Positions 61,433 to 64,000 of a DNA stretch of 64,000 nucleotides are shown piece after piece. The notes below the pieces were generated by a model that ran no database searches, was not told where the DNA came from, and was given only the letters and a program-made list of their open reading frames with translations. Made by a program: the position numbers and the translations under genes. Origin of the DNA: an uncultured Methanosarcinaceae archaeon. GTDB taxonomy: Archaea > Halobacteriota > Methanosarcinia > Methanosarcinales > Methanosarcinaceae. Location of the stretch: positions 32,001-96,000 of the forward strand of contig CAVRJG010000039.1 in assembly GCA_963721455.1 (NCBI GenBank), in the 5' to 3' direction. The first letter of the stretch is position 1, and every line of letters begins with the position of its first letter.

Positions 61433-62074
61433 ATGGCAGAAAAAAATATACTGGAAGCTGTCAAGAAAGTACTTGAAGAATCGCCAGAGCGAAAATTCTC
61501 TGAAAGCGTAGACCTGGCGATTAACTTAAAGAATCTTGACATGAATCAACCGAAGAACAGAGTCGATGAAGAAGTAATTCTTCCGCACGGGCTCGGAAAA
61601 GAACTGAAGATCGGCGTTTTTGCAAAAGGTGATGTGGGCCTGAAGGCAAAGGCTGCCGGTGCTGCGTATGTTATTTCTGATGTTGAGCTCGAAGAACTGG
61701 CGGCTGACAAGAATAGAGCCAGGACTCTTGCAAACGAATATGACCTTTTTATCGCAGAAACTCAGTTCATGCCGATAATCGGTAAGAAACTTGGTATTGT
61801 TCTTGGACCCAGAGGAAAAATGCCTATTCCGCTATTACCTAACAAGGATGTAGGCGAACTGATCCAGAGCAAGCAGAATGCGGTAAAACTCAGGTCAAAA
61901 GACAGGCTTACCTTCCATGTGGCTGTCGGCAGAAGAGATATGAATCCTGATTATCTTGCCGAGAACATTGAGACTGTTGTAGCAAGGCTGGAGCGTGTCC
62001 TGGATAAGGGCAAGCATAACCTGAGAACGGTATATGTCACGACAACCATGGGAAAATCAGAGAGGGTGGTGTAA
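61433..62074 (+). CDS. rpl1: 50S ribosomal protein L1
   Basis: RKFSESVDLAINLK, LPHG, LGPRGKMP and TTMG motifs. Confidence 0.97.
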   Translation: MAEKNILEAVKKVLEESPERKFSESVDLAINLKNLDMNQPKNRVDEEVILPHGLGKELKIGVFAKGDVGLKAKAAGAAYVISDVELEELAADKNRARTLANEYDLFIAETQFMPIIGKKLGIVLGPRGKMPIPLLPNKDVGELIQSKQNAVKLRSKDRLTFHVAVGRRDMNPDYLAENIETVVARLERVLDKGKHNLRTVYVTTTMGKSERVV

Positions 62075-63118
62075 ATGGCAGAAGAAAGGCATCACACCGA
62101 GCATATCCCGCAGTGGAAAAAGGATGAGATCGAAAATATAAAGGAACTCATCCAGTCCCATAAGGTCTTCGGGATGGTGGGGATCGAAGGCATTCTCGCA
62201 ACCAAGATCCAGAAGATTCGCCGGGACCTTAAAGACGTTGCGGTGCTCAAAGTCTCCAGGAACACCCTCACAGAGCGGGCTTTAAATCAACTCGGTGAAA
62301 GCATTCCCGAGATGAATAAATACCTTGACAAGCAGACTGCCCTGGTATTTACTAATGAAAGTCCATTCACGCTTTACAAAGTACTCGAACAGACAAAAAC
62401 TCCGTCTCCTATAAAAGGAGGCGCAATAGCTCCTCAAGACATTATTGTTAAGAAGGGGCCAACCAGTTTTCCTCCTGGTCCAATTCTCGGAGAATTCCAG
62501 AGCGCAGGAATTCCCGCCTCAATCGAAGCAGGGAAAGTCGCAGTAAAGGAAACGAAGGTTGTCTGTAAAGCAGGTGAGGTAGTCCCGCAGAAGCTCGCAA
62601 CCATGCTCTCAAAGCTGGAGATATACCCTCTTATTATAGGGCTGGACTTAAGGGCCGCCTATGATGAAGGGACGATTTACGAGCCGGAACTCCTTGCAAT
62701 TGATGAAAGTCAATATTTCTCTGATATTATCAGAGCAATTCAGAACGCTTTCAATCTCTCTGTCAATACCGCATACCCGACAAGCGCAACAATCGGCACA
62801 CTGCTGGCAAAAGCCTCAGTAGGAGCAAAGAACCTTGGTGTCAATGCTGTTGTGTTTGATTCAGGAGTTATGGATGCACTGCTGGCAAAAGCCCATATCC
62901 AGATGACATCCGTTGCATCCAAAGCCGCAGATAAGGATGCAAACGCAGTTGATGACGACCTGAGGGAAGCTCTCGGGGCAGCAGCAAGCGCAGCAGCAGC
63001 AAGCGCAGCAGCCACACCATCCGAGAAAAAGGAAGAAGTAAAAGAGGAAGAAGCAGAAGAGGAAGAAGACACCTCTGAAGAAGACGGAATGGCCGGTCTC
63101 GGTGCCCTTTTCGGATAA
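62075..63118 (+). CDS. rpl10: 50S ribosomal protein L10 (P0)
   Basis: [20 protein letters not shown] and acidic tail ending GLGALFG. Confidence 0.97.
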   Translation: MAEERHHTEHIPQWKKDEIENIKELIQSHKVFGMVGIEGILATKIQKIRRDLKDVAVLKVSRNTLTERALNQLGESIPEMNKYLDKQTALVFTNESPFTLYKVLEQTKTPSPIKGGAIAPQDIIVKKGPTSFPPGPILGEFQSAGIPASIEAGKVAVKETKVVCKAGEVVPQKLATMLSKLEIYPLIIGLDLRAAYDEGTIYEPELLAIDESQYFSDIIRAIQNAFNLSVNTAYPTSATIGTLLAKASVGAKNLGVNAVVFDSGVMDALLAKAHIQMTSVASKAADKDANAVDDDLREALGAAASAAAASAAATPSEKKEEVKEEEAEEEEDTSEEDGMAGLGALFG

Positions 63119-63150
63119 ACAAATTTACGATAATTGAAAGTAAGGTGATT

Positions 63151-63462
63151 ATGATGGAATACATATACGCAGCTCTCTTATTGCACAATGCTGGTAAAGC
63201 AATTACTGAAGAAACAATCACTGCTGTTCTCAAAGCAGCAGGTATCGAAGTGAACGAATCCAGAGCAAAAGCCCTTGTCGCAGCCCTTGAAGGCGTAGAC
63301 ATCGAAGAAGCAATTTCAAAGGCCGCATTTGCAGCCCCTGCAGCAGCAGCCCCTGCAGCAGCCCCTGCAGCAGCAGAAGCTCCTGCTGAAGAAGTAGTAG
63401 AAGAGGAAGAAGACACCTCTGAAGAAGACGGAATGGCCGGTCTCGGTGCCCTCTTCGGATAA
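63151..63462 (+). CDS. rpl12: 50S ribosomal protein L12 (archaeal P1 stalk)
   Basis: [11 protein letters not shown], Ala-rich hinge and acidic tail ending GLGALFG. Confidence 0.97.
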   Translation: MMEYIYAALLLHNAGKAITEETITAVLKAAGIEVNESRAKALVAALEGVDIEEAISKAAFAAPAAAAPAAAPAAAEAPAEEVVEEEEDTSEEDGMAGLGALFG

Positions 63463-63485
63463 ACTCAAGTAAAACTTTAATTACA

Positions 63486-63514
63486 GCTCGCCTCACGGCG
63501 AGCCATTCTTTTTT
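63486..63514 (+). terminator. Hairpin plus T-tract ending the ribosomal protein operon
   Basis: GCTCGCC-TCAC-GGCGAGC followed by CATTCTTTTTT. Confidence 0.65.
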
Positions 63515-63738
63515 ATATTTCATTTTACGTGTTAGTTAGAAGTTTTGGGAATTCAGACTAACCGGCTTTTCGTTAAAAATTCCCCTGATATAATTTTAGA
63601 ATTTGTTTTTCAAAACTTGTAGAGTTACATCTGTCATTCAACTTTCGAGTGCAAGAATATTATGATAAAAAAACTCATAAATAGAATGCATTTATTTATA
63701 ATGTAAAGGTTCTTTATTAAAACAGATAAACGATCTCC

Positions 63739-64000
63739 ATGTCCCGACTTGACCCCATCTTAGCTTCCAGAGCCCTCTGGCAGATCAGAGTCAGAAAGCG
63801 TCCTTTTGTCCTTTCTCACGCTGTAAATGCCCGCTGCAACATGCGCTGCACTTTTTGCGAGTACTGGAAGAAAACTGGAGAAGAACCGGCAAAAGAAGAT
63901 GTTTTTAAGCTGTTAGACGATGCAAAAGAATTCGGGATTGGAGTATACAATGCGTGGACTGTGGAACCCCTTCTCAGAAAGGACCTGCCTCAGATCATGG
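63739..64000 (+). CDS. Radical SAM protein, 5' part (runs off the window)
   Basis: Not in the ORF track; translates MSRLDPILAS...VNARCNMRCTFCEYW...EPLLRKDL with a CxxxCxxC motif. Confidence 0.85.
   Translation, partial: MSRLDPILASRALWQIRVRKRPFVLSHAVNARCNMRCTFCEYWKKTGEEPAKEDVFKLLDDAKEFGIGVYNAWTVEPLLRKDLPQIM

Noticed and set aside
26663-63523. Many antisense or alternate-frame ORFs of 60-230 aa (e.g. 26663-27247, 31203-31898, 49482-50147, 56288-56938, 62868-63416)
   Set aside because: They shadow well-conserved genes, lack motifs and are expected from codon bias
1-64000. tRNA, rRNA, prophage or defence-system genes
   Set aside because: No cloverleaf, rRNA-like, integrase, capsid or restriction/toxin signatures recognised; a tRNAscan/Infernal run would be needed to exclude small RNAs

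Overview
A Methanosarcina-like archaeal chromosomal segment, judged from gene content, gene order and protein motifs. From 1 to 24.3 kb it is a cell-surface polysaccharide region: two Wzx-type flippases, an NDP-sugar epimerase, GalU, UDP-glucose dehydrogenase, a DUF354-deacetylase-GT2-GT4-GNAT operon, a GT-C-like polytopic membrane protein, a tandem GT2, an O-acetyltransferase and two secreted disaggregatase-like beta-helix proteins. I flag this block as a candidate methanochondroitin synthesis and remodelling locus. It is followed by a decayed IS630, tspO, glnA, a split glutamate synthase with an F420-binding subunit, fno/npdG, hdrCB, several Cys-rich DUFs, mrp, ccdA/thioredoxin and the cbiTLFGHC cobalamin genes. 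The right end holds a Re-citrate-synthase-like gene convergent with an isocitrate-dehydrogenase-like gene, tatD, mbf1/pan, ftsZ-secE-spt5-rpl11-rpl1-rpl10-rpl12 and a partial radical SAM gene. Signals not in the ORF track include MITE/IS remnants, at least six pseudogenes, a GGTA-N6-TACC operator at identical spacing in the glnA and glutamate synthase promoters, a probable ATA start for cbiG, an L1-leader-like RNA structure and near-identical 3' ends of rpl10 and rpl12. All functional calls come from motif recognition; no database searches were run.
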